The translations under genes and the position numbers were made by a program. Of a stretch of DNA of 64,000 nt, positions 9,468 through 18,833 are shown one piece after another. The notes beneath the pieces are model-generated. The model was not told where the DNA came from and made no database searches. It saw only the letters and a list, made by a program, of their open reading frames with translations. Each line of letters opens with the position of its first letter. Position 1 is the stretch's first letter. The stretch covers positions 14,855 to 78,854 of the forward strand of contig JANRKO010000070.1 in assembly GCA_033763455.1 (NCBI GenBank). The letters run 5' to 3'. The DNA comes from Polyangiaceae bacterium. GTDB taxonomy: Bacteria; Myxococcota_A; Polyangia; Polyangiales; Polyangiaceae.

Positions 9468-9904
9468 CTTTCCCCCTCGAACCAAGCGCCAAGTCCGGAA
9501 AGCGCGTGCCGCTCAGCAATTTCATGCGTCGGCAAGAAGTCAAAGTAGCGCACGAACGAGTCCGACTCAAAATCGACCCTCCGCGCAGGCTCCACATCAT
9601 AAACCAAGCGCCCTTCGCTGAGCACACGGTGCTGAAACACTGGCCCCTGGTGCTCCAACAACACAAGGTCAATCCGCCGCCCCGGCGCGACCGCTTCGAG
9701 CTTGGCCGCAAGGTGCCCCAGCATCGGCAACACCTCCAAAGCAGTGAGTCGCCGATCTCGAAGCAAGATCGCAACATCCACGTCGCTCTCCGGTCGCGCC
9801 TGCCCGCGAGCTTCGGAGCCAAAAAGCCACGCCGTCGTCACCTCCGGGAACCCGCCTAACACGTGCGCGATGTCTTGGTCGACGGTGGGTTCGGTCACCC
9901 GCAT
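9464..9904 (-). CDS. mntA: Minimal nucleotidyltransferase antitoxin (MntA)
   Basis: LFGS-X10-DVD (GSEARGQARPESDVD), IDLV. Confidence 0.88.
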   Translation of the reverse strand: MRVTEPTVDQDIAHVLGGFPEVTTAWLFGSEARGQARPESDVDVAILLRDRRLTALEVLPMLGHLAAKLEAVAPGRRIDLVLLEHQGPVFQHRVLSEGRLVYDVEPARRVDFESDSFVRYFDFLPTHEIAERHALSGLGAWFEGER

Positions 9905-9986
9905 AGGGTAGCGGCAAGTGCGGGAAAGGCCAGCCGGAAAGCCTACGCTCGAGTGACTCCGATATGCCGATCTTTCGCCGTATCCG

Positions 9987-10208
9987 ATGCATGCTAAGCT
10001 TTCTCGGGCAATGGACGCTTTGGAGCACTCAGACGTTGAGCTTGATGGTCAGACGAGCGCTTCGCTGAAGTTCATTCAAGCCGTTGAGATGATGGCCGAG
10101 GGACTTCGGCTCAAACGAGCGCTCCTCAGGCAGCAGCATCCGGAGCTCAATGAAGCTGCACTCGAAAAGCTGTTTTTAGACTGGTTGAGCTCGGAAGATG
10201 ACCTCTGA
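9987..10208 (+). CDS. Small helical protein, probable partner of the downstream nucleotidyltransferase remnant
   Basis: LKRALLRQQHPEL..LFLDWL; overlaps ATG 10198 of next gene. Confidence 0.5.
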   Translation: MHAKLSRAMDALEHSDVELDGQTSASLKFIQAVEMMAEGLRLKRALLRQQHPELNEAALEKLFLDWLSSEDDL

Positions 10209-10465
10209 AACGATATTTGCGGCTTTTCGGCGTATAGCGAAAGATCTCACAGCAGAGCAGCCTTCGTTCGCGGTTGTTGGAGGCATTGCCATCTCCGTGC
10301 GTGCCGAGGTGCGCTTCACGCGCGTGACGTGGATGTGGCGGTGAAGGTCCGTAGCGATGCCGATGCCGAAAAGCTGGTGGCTGGGCTCAAGGAGCGGCAT
10401 TATGTTGCAGTGGCAACTGTCGAGCAAACGCGGTGGGCCGCCTTTCCATCGTGCGCTTGGTGAGC
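10198..10465 (+). pseudogene. Frameshifted, truncated nucleotidyltransferase (AbiEii-like) gene
   Basis: MTSETIF...FAVVGGIAISVRAEVRFT, shift near 10320 to RDVDVAV...VATVEQ, second shift near 10430 to AVGRLSIVRLVS. Confidence 0.7.
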
Positions 10466-10767
10466 ACTGGCGAGAGGGGGGCCGAGCCGGCGAGGCGGAT
10501 CACGTGCTCCAGCTCAACGGACACGTTCTGCCGATTGAGCTGAAATCCGGCGCAGCCGGGAGCATGAAGAGCCTCCATCAATTCATGTTCGACAAGAAGC
10601 TTGAGCAAGCCGTGCGGATTGACACTAACCCGCCGAGTGTTCTTGAGGTGAATGTACGAACAACGCAGGGCGACAAAGTCCGCTACCTGCTCGTGAGCAT
10701 ACCCTTGTACTTGCTCTGGAACATCGAACGTATTACCGAAGAAGCTTGGAACGTGAGGGAAGTGTGA
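10465..10767 (+). pseudogene. C-terminal fragment of AAA+/DUF4143 protein (nuclease-like end)
   Basis: WREGGRAGEADHVL..VLPIELKSG..GSMKSLHQFM..IPLYL; no N-terminal ATPase domain or convincing start. Confidence 0.65.
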
Positions 10768-10821
10768 GGAGGGCGGCCGCCAGTCAACTGCTGGAACAGT
10801 TCCGGTTCTTTTTGCAGAAAC

Positions 10822-12165
10822 CTACCGTTCACCGCCATACTCCGTCACTCTGATGAGCACTTCGCGCAAGGCACCAGCCAAGGTGTTCGCGGTCAAGCTA
10901 GGGTTGCTCCTAACGACACATCCGAAGGGGCTGCGCTCAAAATCCCCAGCGTAGGTTGGCAAAGCGAGGTAGCGCGCCGCCTTCTCCAGGACACACGATT
11001 GGACATTCGGCGACTCTGCAAGTTGCAGGGCAAACGCCTCTAAGTTTTCATATTTAAATGCCTCGGACCCCAGGCGGCCGTCGAAAGTGAAGCTGGCGGC
11101 CGTACTTACTGGGATACCGTCCCTCGTGGGAAGGTGGCGTGCAAGGCCGTCAAAGTGTTCAAAAGCACGACCCAGGGGATCTATGTTCAAATGGCACTGC
11201 GCGCAGGCTCTGTTGTTAATCTGCAGGTTAGCATCCGGCTCGGCTCCGGCACTCGCAAAATCATGGCCTGTAGTCGGCGCGGAAGTCGTCATACAAAACG
11301 CGTCCTCCATCACGGCTCGGCCCCGAGCTTCCACGCTCGCAGCGCGCACCAACCATGCCCCCCGCGCGAATATACCGAATCGCTCCTGCGAGGCGCCATC
11401 AAGCGCGTACCAAACGCCAGGGTCCTTGGGTGATTGTGGGATCGGCAACCCGTAATAGTTCGCAAGCGCGTCGTTCGCGGAGAATACGGAGCCGCCCAAG
11501 AGCTTCGTCAAACTGCACTGGCCATCCCCAACGCAACCACCCACATAACGCCGAACCTCCTCGTCTAAGGTTTCCTTGTCGATACTGGGATCGCCGAGGC
11601 CCCCATGCACCGTCCCAGGGTTCCCTCCGGGCTGCTCAGCGATGCCGAACCAAGTGAGCGCAAATTTGCGCAAACCAATGTGGGCGCGCGGGTCTTCAAG
11701 TACTTGCTTCACGGCGCTCACGGGACTGGCATTGGCAATAATTGCCTGCGTTTCGCTGACAGCCGTCGGATCCCCCCAAACATGTGAGGCCAGAACTTGT
11801 GCAAGCTGGCCCCGAACGATTCCGCAGTAGGGACTGCTTACGGGTGGCTCGTTGGCGGGAGCAGCTTCTGTAGCGGGCGCCGGGCTCGTGGAGGTATTAG
11901 CCATTCCACCAAGTATCCCTTCCTGGCCACCAGTGAAACCTGGAGACGCTTGAGTAGCCACGGGAACCCCACCCAAACCAGATGTTTGAAAGGCCGAGTG
12001 GGCACCGCCGGAACCAATTGCTCCGCCCGTCACGGAATCTGGTTCACGGCCACCTTCTTCCGTGGAGAATCTGCCTCCGCAGCAAGGACTAAGAATTAAC
12101 GATCCAAGACAGAGTGCAAATGGCACCTTGTTTGGGAAACCGCCGCCTATTTGGAACCCTGGCAT
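10822..12165 (-). CDS. Secreted/lipoprotein with DUF1592/DUF1588/DUF1585-like domains
   Basis: Signal ending SPCC, Gly/Ser/Pro linker, ANDALANYYG, ERFGIF, CAQCH..IDPLG.AFEHFDGLAR. Confidence 0.7.
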   Translation of the reverse strand: MPGFQIGGGFPNKVPFALCLGSLILSPCCGGRFSTEEGGREPDSVTGGAIGSGGAHSAFQTSGLGGVPVATQASPGFTGGQEGILGGMANTSTSPAPATEAAPANEPPVSSPYCGIVRGQLAQVLASHVWGDPTAVSETQAIIANASPVSAVKQVLEDPRAHIGLRKFALTWFGIAEQPGGNPGTVHGGLGDPSIDKETLDEEVRRYVGGCVGDGQCSLTKLLGGSVFSANDALANYYGLPIPQSPKDPGVWYALDGASQERFGIFARGAWLVRAASVEARGRAVMEDAFCMTTSAPTTGHDFASAGAEPDANLQINNRACAQCHLNIDPLGRAFEHFDGLARHLPTRDGIPVSTAASFTFDGRLGSEAFKYENLEAFALQLAESPNVQSCVLEKAARYLALPTYAGDFERSPFGCVVRSNPSLTANTLAGALREVLIRVTEYGGER

Positions 12166-12345
12166 GACCTAAGCTAGCACGTGCCACTGCAAGCACCCGC
12201 CAATTCCGAAAAGTGGTCCCCTGCCCCTTGAAGAGTGCTCTGGAGGTCCGGAAATCGAACCCGAAGCGGGTATGCTCAAGGAATGCAACTAGCGCAAATG
12301 ACAAAGTGAGGCACTCGAACACAGAGCCAGGCGATGGGCATACCC

Positions 12346-12380
12346 AAAAACGAAAACGGCGAGCAAAGCTCGCCGTTTTC
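12346..12380 (-). terminator. Intrinsic terminator
   Basis: GAAAACGGCGAGC-AAA-GCTCGCCGTTTTC stem (12352-12380) followed by T run on minus strand, just after 12401 stop. Confidence 0.8.
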
Positions 12381-12400
12381 TTCCATTTACCTGTTAATAC

Positions 12401-13666
12401 TCAGCCGCCAACAGTGGTCGTAATCGCTGCAACATCCATCACGCTCGTATTGAGCTTGCCCGTCGCGTCGCCGATAAGTTTACCGACTTTGCCCATCTCG
12501 GGGATAGCACAGCCGGCACCAATCTTTGCCTTAAGGTCGCCGTCAATCGCAACTTGGCCGAGGCCCTCTGCAGCAGCAGTAGCCGCCGCTGTCAACGTTC
12601 CGCCCGCCTTGATGATGCCCTTGGCCTGAGCCTGTTGAGCCAAGATCTGGCCGTAAGCATCTACGAAGACCGAGGTGAACGCCGCGAAGTCTGCCTTGGC
12701 AGCCGCGTCAAGACCGGCCTTGGCCGTGAACTCTACGTAAAGCTTAGGAGGCGAGCACTCAGCTTTCACTTCTGCCGACGCCTTGGCCGACGCGTTGCAT
12801 TCTGCCTTAACCATGGGCGGGGTCACTTCGCCCTCACACTTTCCCTTGCATTCCACCTGAGCGTTCGCCATCGCTTCGCACTTGACCTCTGCGCCTGCCG
12901 AGCACATCACGCCCATCGGCGGGGTGTATTCACATTCACCAGTGCACTTGCCGCTACATGTGCCATTGCACTTGCCGCCTGCAGCAACGGTACATTCGCC
13001 CATGCAGGTGCCGTCTGCATTCAAGGTACCCGCACAAGTACCTTCGCACTTCGTCTTACCATCCAGCATGCAGGTGCCTTCGCAGCTGGCTTTGCAGGTG
13101 CCCGAGCAAGAAAGCATGGGAGCGGTACCGCTGCACTTCAGGGTAGCCATCGCGTCGCAGGATGCCGAAGCTGAGGCCTCCGCTACACAAGAGCCCGAGC
13201 ACTTAACGGAAGCTGACCCAGGGTCGACGGAAGCATCGCACTTGGCCTGTGCTTCCAGAGTAGCTTTGGCACTTACCTCACACTTGGGAGGCTCTGCCAC
13301 GATTCGCGCCTTGCCTTCGACGTTCGCCGTTAGCTTGGCGGTGAGAGCAGCCTTGATTTCGGCATTGGTGGTAACGCCGAGAGCCCCGCGAATACGTGCG
13401 AGTTGCGCTTCAATGTTCCCCGACACCAATGTGGCCTGGCCGTTGAACTCAAGTACCGCGTTGAAGAAAGCGTCAATCGAGCGAATGCCGGAAATCTGGG
13501 CATTGCCCTCCACAATTCCCTCTGCGTCACAAACCAAGCCGCACTGCGCTGCCAAACCATCAAGCGGACCTGCCGCATTCGCCACATCACTACACGCCGT
13601 TGAGGCGATGCCGCCTATAAGCGCTGGTGCAAGCAGCGCGATCAAAGCAATCTTTGTTGTCTTCAT
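12401..13666 (-). CDS. Cysteine-rich lipoprotein
   Basis: Lipobox STAC; 28 Cys with repeated CxGxC; AGGAG SD upstream; own terminator. Confidence 0.85.
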   Translation of the reverse strand: MKTTKIALIALLAPALIGGIASTACSDVANAAGPLDGLAAQCGLVCDAEGIVEGNAQISGIRSIDAFFNAVLEFNGQATLVSGNIEAQLARIRGALGVTTNAEIKAALTAKLTANVEGKARIVAEPPKCEVSAKATLEAQAKCDASVDPGSASVKCSGSCVAEASASASCDAMATLKCSGTAPMLSCSGTCKASCEGTCMLDGKTKCEGTCAGTLNADGTCMGECTVAAGGKCNGTCSGKCTGECEYTPPMGVMCSAGAEVKCEAMANAQVECKGKCEGEVTPPMVKAECNASAKASAEVKAECSPPKLYVEFTAKAGLDAAAKADFAAFTSVFVDAYGQILAQQAQAKGIIKAGGTLTAAATAAAEGLGQVAIDGDLKAKIGAGCAIPEMGKVGKLIGDATGKLNTSVMDVAAITTTVGG

Positions 13667-14016
13667 TAAGAACTCCTTAGCTTTCGTTGAGTAAGATCCA
13701 CGGCCCCAAGCCGCAACGATGTTGGACGGAATAGAGGGAGAAGGAATGTAAACGATTCTCCCACCATCGGCCTAAATCGCTGCTTCGGCGCGTGCATCGA
13801 ACGGATATAACCTGCAATTGGACTGCCTTTTTACAGGGGATCCGTGGGCAAGTCACCTGGCCATGTGTCCGGCCCGCGCGCCCACTTCTTGCCGGAACGG
13901 AACAGGCTTGACCAGTAGGCCCAAGGAGCGCTCCCCTAAAGAGTTCTGTAGGGGGTGCAAGTTTTCGCGGGCTGCCGCGTTGGGAAGAAAGATCGCATGA
14001 ATAACTTCAGGAGCTC

Positions 14017-14044
14017 TGTCACAAAACGCGTTCTGGGGGCCACT
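14017..14044 (+). promoter_or_regulatory. Possible ECF-type autoregulatory promoter
   Basis: TGTCACA-N16-CCACT ending 5 nt before the sigma ATG; resembles TGTCACA-n16-CGTC ECF promoters. Confidence 0.4.
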
Positions 14045-14049
14045 AGGTC

Positions 14050-14631
14050 ATGAATGCACTTGAGGCAGTTGTGACCCCGGACGACCAAGCCGGGCTGGAA
14101 TCGCGCGTAGTCGAAACGATCTCCGCGGGCAACCTCAAGGAAGCCACGCTGCTTTGTGCCGAAAGCTACCGAGCGGGGTTGGGCCGGGTGTGTATGGCTT
14201 TTTTGGGCAATCAGGCTGAGGCCGAAGATCTGGTGCAGGATGTTTTGCTCGACGCTTACCGATCGCTTCCCAACTGGGAGAATCGCGGCTCACTCAAGGC
14301 GTATCTGTTTTCTATCGCTCGCCGTTCTTGCGCTCGGCACCTCGAAAAGAAGAGAATCCGTGAACAACTTCTTGCCTTGGCGCAGACACCGGAAGCTTCT
14401 GCCACCGCGGATGAGAGCTTGATTTCGAGGCAGCGAGCAGAAAGGGCGCGCTCAGAAATGGCCCTCCTCAAGCCTACGCTCCGTGAAGCGCTGGTGCTGC
14501 GCTTCTTGGGTGAATTGAGCTTTTCTGAGGTCGCATCAGCTCTTCAGATCGACGAAGCAACCGCCCGTCAGCGCGTATCGCGCGGGCTCCGAGCACTGCA
14601 AACGTCTGTACTCGAAAAGGAATCAACATGA
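14050..14631 (+). CDS. ECF sigma-70 factor
   Basis: AEAEDLVQDV, SLKAYLFSIA (region 2); LREALVLRF..LSFSEVA..RQRVSRG (region 4). Confidence 0.92.
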   Translation: MNALEAVVTPDDQAGLESRVVETISAGNLKEATLLCAESYRAGLGRVCMAFLGNQAEAEDLVQDVLLDAYRSLPNWENRGSLKAYLFSIARRSCARHLEKKRIREQLLALAQTPEASATADESLISRQRAERARSEMALLKPTLREALVLRFLGELSFSEVASALQIDEATARQRVSRGLRALQTSVLEKEST

Positions 14632-17600
14632 CTCTTTCCCCAAAGTGCCAGAAGGTCGAAGAACACCTCGCCGAAATCCTTGAGGGAAGCGCTCCTGAAG
14701 AGCTGAGGTTGCATCTTATTGATTGCGACCATTGCCGAGATGTTCGGCACGAGGCAGAGCTAGCAAGAGCGCTGGTGCTCCGCGCCGGGGCGGATTACGC
14801 ATCAGAGAATTCTTCGGCAGATGCGCGGCTCGAAAGCGCTTTGGCTAAGTTGGAATCAGAGCCCTCCTCCTCCGATAAGACCGAGCCCACCGCCACCAAC
14901 AACGAGCCTCCTTCCTCCGAAAAGAGCAAGCCTGAGGAGTCTCCGCACACCCCCACCTCCCCGGACAAAGCGGCTCCTCCCGTCCGCGAGCGCACGTTGA
15001 TCGCGCTTTTCAAGAAGCGTCCGCTCAGTGCAGCAATTGCGGCCTCAGCTGCGGCGGCGCTCGGGGTACTGCTCTTCGGTTCTCCGAGAAAAGAGGGCAC
15101 AGGCGTTAGCTGGGTGCCACCATCAAGCAGCAGTAAATGGCAGGGCGTGATCAAGGAACTCACCACTTCATCTCGTCTTGGCGAGTCCTTGGAAGTATGC
15201 GTCCGGGACCAATGCCAGCCGGCCAAAGCTGGTGAAAAGGTGGATGCCGGTAGCCGAATTAAGACGGGTGGTTGGACGCGCGCCACGATCGTAATGGATG
15301 ATGGTTCCAGGCTCACGCTCGATCATGATACAGAGCTCGTCCTGGGCGGTAGCGGCACCGAAGGAGCGCGAACCGAAAGCCATGCGGCGGAGCTTGTAAG
15401 TGGAAGCCTCGTTGCCGATATTGCGCATCAGGCGGGCAAAAACGTGACCATCCTTCTGCCTACGGGGCGGCTTCAGGTGTTGGGCACCAAGTTCGCATTG
15501 CGTGCCTTGCCAGGCTTTTCGAGCGTGGATGTGAGCCGCGGCGCTGTGAAGCTTTTCGGCAAGAACGATCAAGCTGTCACGGTGTACGCCGGTGAAACGG
15601 GTGAGCTCAGCCAAAACGAAGCACCGCGCGTGAACCCCAGCAGCCGTTTGAGCCAAGCTTTGGCCTGGAGTGAGGTACCCGCAACTGCGGAAGAGCCACT
15701 TTTAGTGAAGGGTTTGGGTGAGCTCCGTGCCAAGAAGCCCGGCACCGGCACGGAGCTCAAAGACGCCGTTAGCCTGGAACAACATCAAGTAAAGGTGCGG
15801 ATCTCGGGGGCTTTGGCACGCACCGAGGTTACCGAAGTATTTGCCAATCATACCACCGACGTGCTTGAGGGCATTTTTCGCTTTCCGCTTCCACCAGACG
15901 CGCAAATCGAACGCCTGGCGCTAGAGGTGGATGGGCACCTTGAGGAAGGCGCGTTCGTCGACCGCGAACGCGCCTCCAAGATTTGGCGCGGAGCTATCGT
16001 GAACGCCAACCGAAACGTGAAACCACCGCCCAAAGAAGAGATCATCTGGGTGCCCGGGCCATGGCGGGACCCAGCCCTGCTTGAATGGCAGCGTGGTGGT
16101 CGCTTCGAATTGCGCGTCTACCCCATCCCTCGGCGCTCTTCGCGAAAAGTGATACTAGCGTACACGCAGGTCTTGAAACCTGTGGGGAAGACACGTCGAT
16201 ATGTGTATCCCCTAGCGCATGATCCGAGCGGCTCGACACAGGTGAAAGATTTTTCGGTGGACGTAGAAGTGCGCGGCCACAGTGAAGCCGAAGGCGTCCG
16301 CGCCCTGGGCTATTCACTGCGCGAAACCGAGCAATCCCACGTGGCCACGCTCGCCTTGAACGAAGCCAACTTCATGCCCCGGGGAGATCTCGCCGTGGAG
16401 TATTCGGTGCCAGGCAATGATCGGGAAGTCTCCTTGTGGGCCTACCGTGCCGGTGCGCGCCCTTTGGGCGCTTCTTTCACCCAACCAACCTCTCTCCCCG
16501 CTCGGCATGCTCCAACAGGCGATGCTTACGTGGCAATGGCGTTGCGCCCCGAGTTGCCGGGAAGCACGCAACAAAAACGTTTGGATTTCGTGTTCGTGGT
16601 GGATGCCAGCCGCTCCATGTTCGGAGCGGGCTTTGCACACGCTCGTTCGGTGGTGGCGCGTGCCATTCGGGAATTGGATAGCGATTCTCGGGTGAGCGTG
16701 TTTGCCTGCGACGTGAAGTGCGTGTCCGCCGGGCGCGGGTTCCACGAAGGCGGGGCGCAAGCGGCACAGCAAGCGGAGAATTTCTTGCGCACCATTACGC
16801 CCGAAGGTGCTTCGGACGTTACGGGCTCCATTGCGCAAGCGTTAGCCAGCATCCAGAGCGAACGCGATCCAGGGCGGGAGCTCAAGGTGATTTACGTGGG
16901 CGACGGCACGCCCACCGTGGGAGCCATTTTGCCGGGGCTGGTGGAGCGTGAAGCCAAGGCTATCAGCTTGCAAAGGCGCGTGAGCGTGGTGGCCGTGGGC
17001 GTGGGTTCGGATTCAGACAGCACCACTTTGGGCGCACTGGCGCAGGGCGGCGGAGGCGTGCTTCTGCCGTACACACCGGGCCGCCAGACGGCTGAGATGG
17101 CGTACGATGTGCTGAGTGCGAGCTATGCGGCAGCGCTGCGCGACGTCAATATTCAGCTTCCCGAGGGTTTGTACGACATAGCTCCACGGCAGGCGCCGCC
17201 CATCATGGCAGGCGGAGAATTGATCATTACCGCACGCGCTCGTTTGGGTGAAATCGAAGGCGATATCGTGCTCCGCGGCATGCACGGCGAAGCTCCCGTA
17301 GAAAAGCGTTACCCTGTGAAGTTCAGTATCGAGAACAACTCGGCCAATGCGTTTGTCCCTCGGCTCTTCGCTGCAGGAAAAATTGCTGATCTCGAGAGCG
17401 AAGGCAGCCCGGAAGCTCGAACCCAGGCCGTGGCGCTCTCGCGTGAATTCAGCGTAGCCAGCCGCTACACCTCGCTTTTGGTGCTGGAAAGCCCCGCCAT
17501 GTTCAAGGCCTTCGGCCTGGACAACGCGCGCCAAGCGCCAGAATGGTCCGGAGAAGAAGTCGCCGAAGATGATCTCGCCAACGAAACCGATGGTGAGCTC

Positions 17601-18833
17601 GACGAAGCCGCCACAGGGCACGACACGTCGGCTTACGGCTCGCCTGGCGCTAACGCTGAAAAGAAAGCTGAATTGGGCGCACGGCGCCTGGCGGGAGGCC
17701 TAAGTGGGAGCGCAGCCGCTAGCAAGCCATCTTCGGCGCAGCGCAGCAGCGCGCCTAGCTTTGCCCAACCGCCCGCTGCGGCCCCCAGCATGGCATCGGA
17801 AACCGAACGCGCGCCAGCGACCGATGTTCGCGTACTCCGCCGCCGGGGGCCTCTGCAATTCGAAGATCCCCCTGTGCCGGACCTACCACCACAGCGCCGC
17901 ATGATTCCAATGCGCCGCGTTTGGAAACGCGTGGGTTCGATCGACGTTGGCCGCAATATTCCGGAAGCCGCCTCGGGTGAGCGCATAGCGCAGGCGGAGC
18001 GGGAGCTAGCCGTGAGTGGTGAGGCTCGCCAAAACCTGGTGAAGCTCTATCGCTTGTACATGCTCGCAGGAGAGGTAGAGCGAGCCAGCGACCTCGCTCA
18101 ACGCTGGTCTGAGAAGGAACCCCTAGATCCGGAGGCGCTCACAGCCACAGCTGATGTGGCAGCCCGCCTGGGAGACCGCGATCGAGCGATCCGGATCTTG
18201 GGCAGCGTGCTCGACGCTCGACCCGGTGAATTTAAGGCACAGGCGCGGCTAGCTCGCCTTTACCGCTGGGGCAGAGACGCCGCTTTAGGGTGCCGTTTCA
18301 CGCTCGCGATCGCTCAGACTCGCCCGGACGATGCCAAGTCGCTAGTGGAGGCAGTGCGCTGCGGACGCGACACGGGCTACGCGGATCTCAGCAGCGACCT
18401 GCTTACACGAGCACCCGCAGCGATCCGGGGCCGAGCTGAAGCCATGCTTGGGGAAGTCTTGGTTCCGGAGCGCCTATCTGGCGACTTCAAACTCGAAGCC
18501 ACGTGGGAAGGTGGCCAAGCCGACGTGGATCTCGGCCTGCTACACCCCGACGGACACCGCATCTCTTGGCTGGGCGCACCTAGCCAGGAGGTGATCTCGG
18601 CGCTCGATCCTACCAGCACCCGTCGGGAAAGCCTCAGCCTCCGGGGGGCAAAGGCGGGACAATACGTCGTGGAGCTAGTGCGCGCGGAGGGCAACGGTGT
18701 GGTGCGAGGGGTGCTCAAGCTGACCGTCGCCTCGGCCGTGCGAGAAATTCCATTTGTACTTCAAGGCACTCGCGCCACGATCGCCATCGCAAAGGTGTCG
18801 CTGCACTCTGAACTCGTTCCTTACCACCGCTGA
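14628..18833 (+). CDS. Zinc anti-sigma / FecR / VIT / vWA / TPR multidomain membrane protein
   Basis: HLIDCDHC, one TM helix, FecR-like GSRLTL..VLGTKF, VIT ARTEVTEVFAN..LEGIFRFPLP, vWA VVDASRSM..GDG, SRYTSLLVLE, helical repeats, TW..DVDL..PDG end; ATGA overlap with sigma. Confidence 0.85.
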   Translation: MTLSPKCQKVEEHLAEILEGSAPEELRLHLIDCDHCRDVRHEAELARALVLRAGADYASENSSADARLESALAKLESEPSSSDKTEPTATNNEPPSSEKSKPEESPHTPTSPDKAAPPVRERTLIALFKKRPLSAAIAASAAAALGVLLFGSPRKEGTGVSWVPPSSSSKWQGVIKELTTSSRLGESLEVCVRDQCQPAKAGEKVDAGSRIKTGGWTRATIVMDDGSRLTLDHDTELVLGGSGTEGARTESHAAELVSGSLVADIAHQAGKNVTILLPTGRLQVLGTKFALRALPGFSSVDVSRGAVKLFGKNDQAVTVYAGETGELSQNEAPRVNPSSRLSQALAWSEVPATAEEPLLVKGLGELRAKKPGTGTELKDAVSLEQHQVKVRISGALARTEVTEVFANHTTDVLEGIFRFPLPPDAQIERLALEVDGHLEEGAFVDRERASKIWRGAIVNANRNVKPPPKEEIIWVPGPWRDPALLEWQRGGRFELRVYPIPRRSSRKVILAYTQVLKPVGKTRRYVYPLAHDPSGSTQVKDFSVDVEVRGHSEAEGVRALGYSLRETEQSHVATLALNEANFMPRGDLAVEYSVPGNDREVSLWAYRAGARPLGASFTQPTSLPARHAPTGDAYVAMALRPELPGSTQQKRLDFVFVVDASRSMFGAGFAHARSVVARAIRELDSDSRVSVFACDVKCVSAGRGFHEGGAQAAQQAENFLRTITPEGASDVTGSIAQALASIQSERDPGRELKVIYVGDGTPTVGAILPGLVEREAKAISLQRRVSVVAVGVGSDSDSTTLGALAQGGGGVLLPYTPGRQTAEMAYDVLSASYAAALRDVNIQLPEGLYDIAPRQAPPIMAGGELIITARARLGEIEGDIVLRGMHGEAPVEKRYPVKFSIENNSANAFVPRLFAAGKIADLESEGSPEARTQAVALSREFSVASRYTSLLVLESPAMFKAFGLDNARQAPEWSGEEVAEDDLANETDGELDEAATGHDTSAYGSPGANAEKKAELGARRLAGGLSGSAAASKPSSAQRSSAPSFAQPPAAAPSMASETERAPATDVRVLRRRGPLQFEDPPVPDLPPQRRMIPMRRVWKRVGSIDVGRNIPEAASGERIAQAERELAVSGEARQNLVKLYRLYMLAGEVERASDLAQRWSEKEPLDPEALTATADVAARLGDRDRAIRILGSVLDARPGEFKAQARLARLYRWGRDAALGCRFTLAIAQTRPDDAKSLVEAVRCGRDTGYADLSSDLLTRAPAAIRGRAEAMLGEVLVPERLSGDFKLEATWEGGQADVDLGLLHPDGHRISWLGAPSQEVISALDPTSTRRESLSLRGAKAGQYVVELVRAEGNGVVRGVLKLTVASAVREIPFVLQGTRATIAIAKVSLHSELVPYHR

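Noticed and set aside
12172..12186. Sigma-54 site upstream of the DUF1592-like gene
   Set aside because: GG-to-GC spacing is 9 nt rather than the required 10
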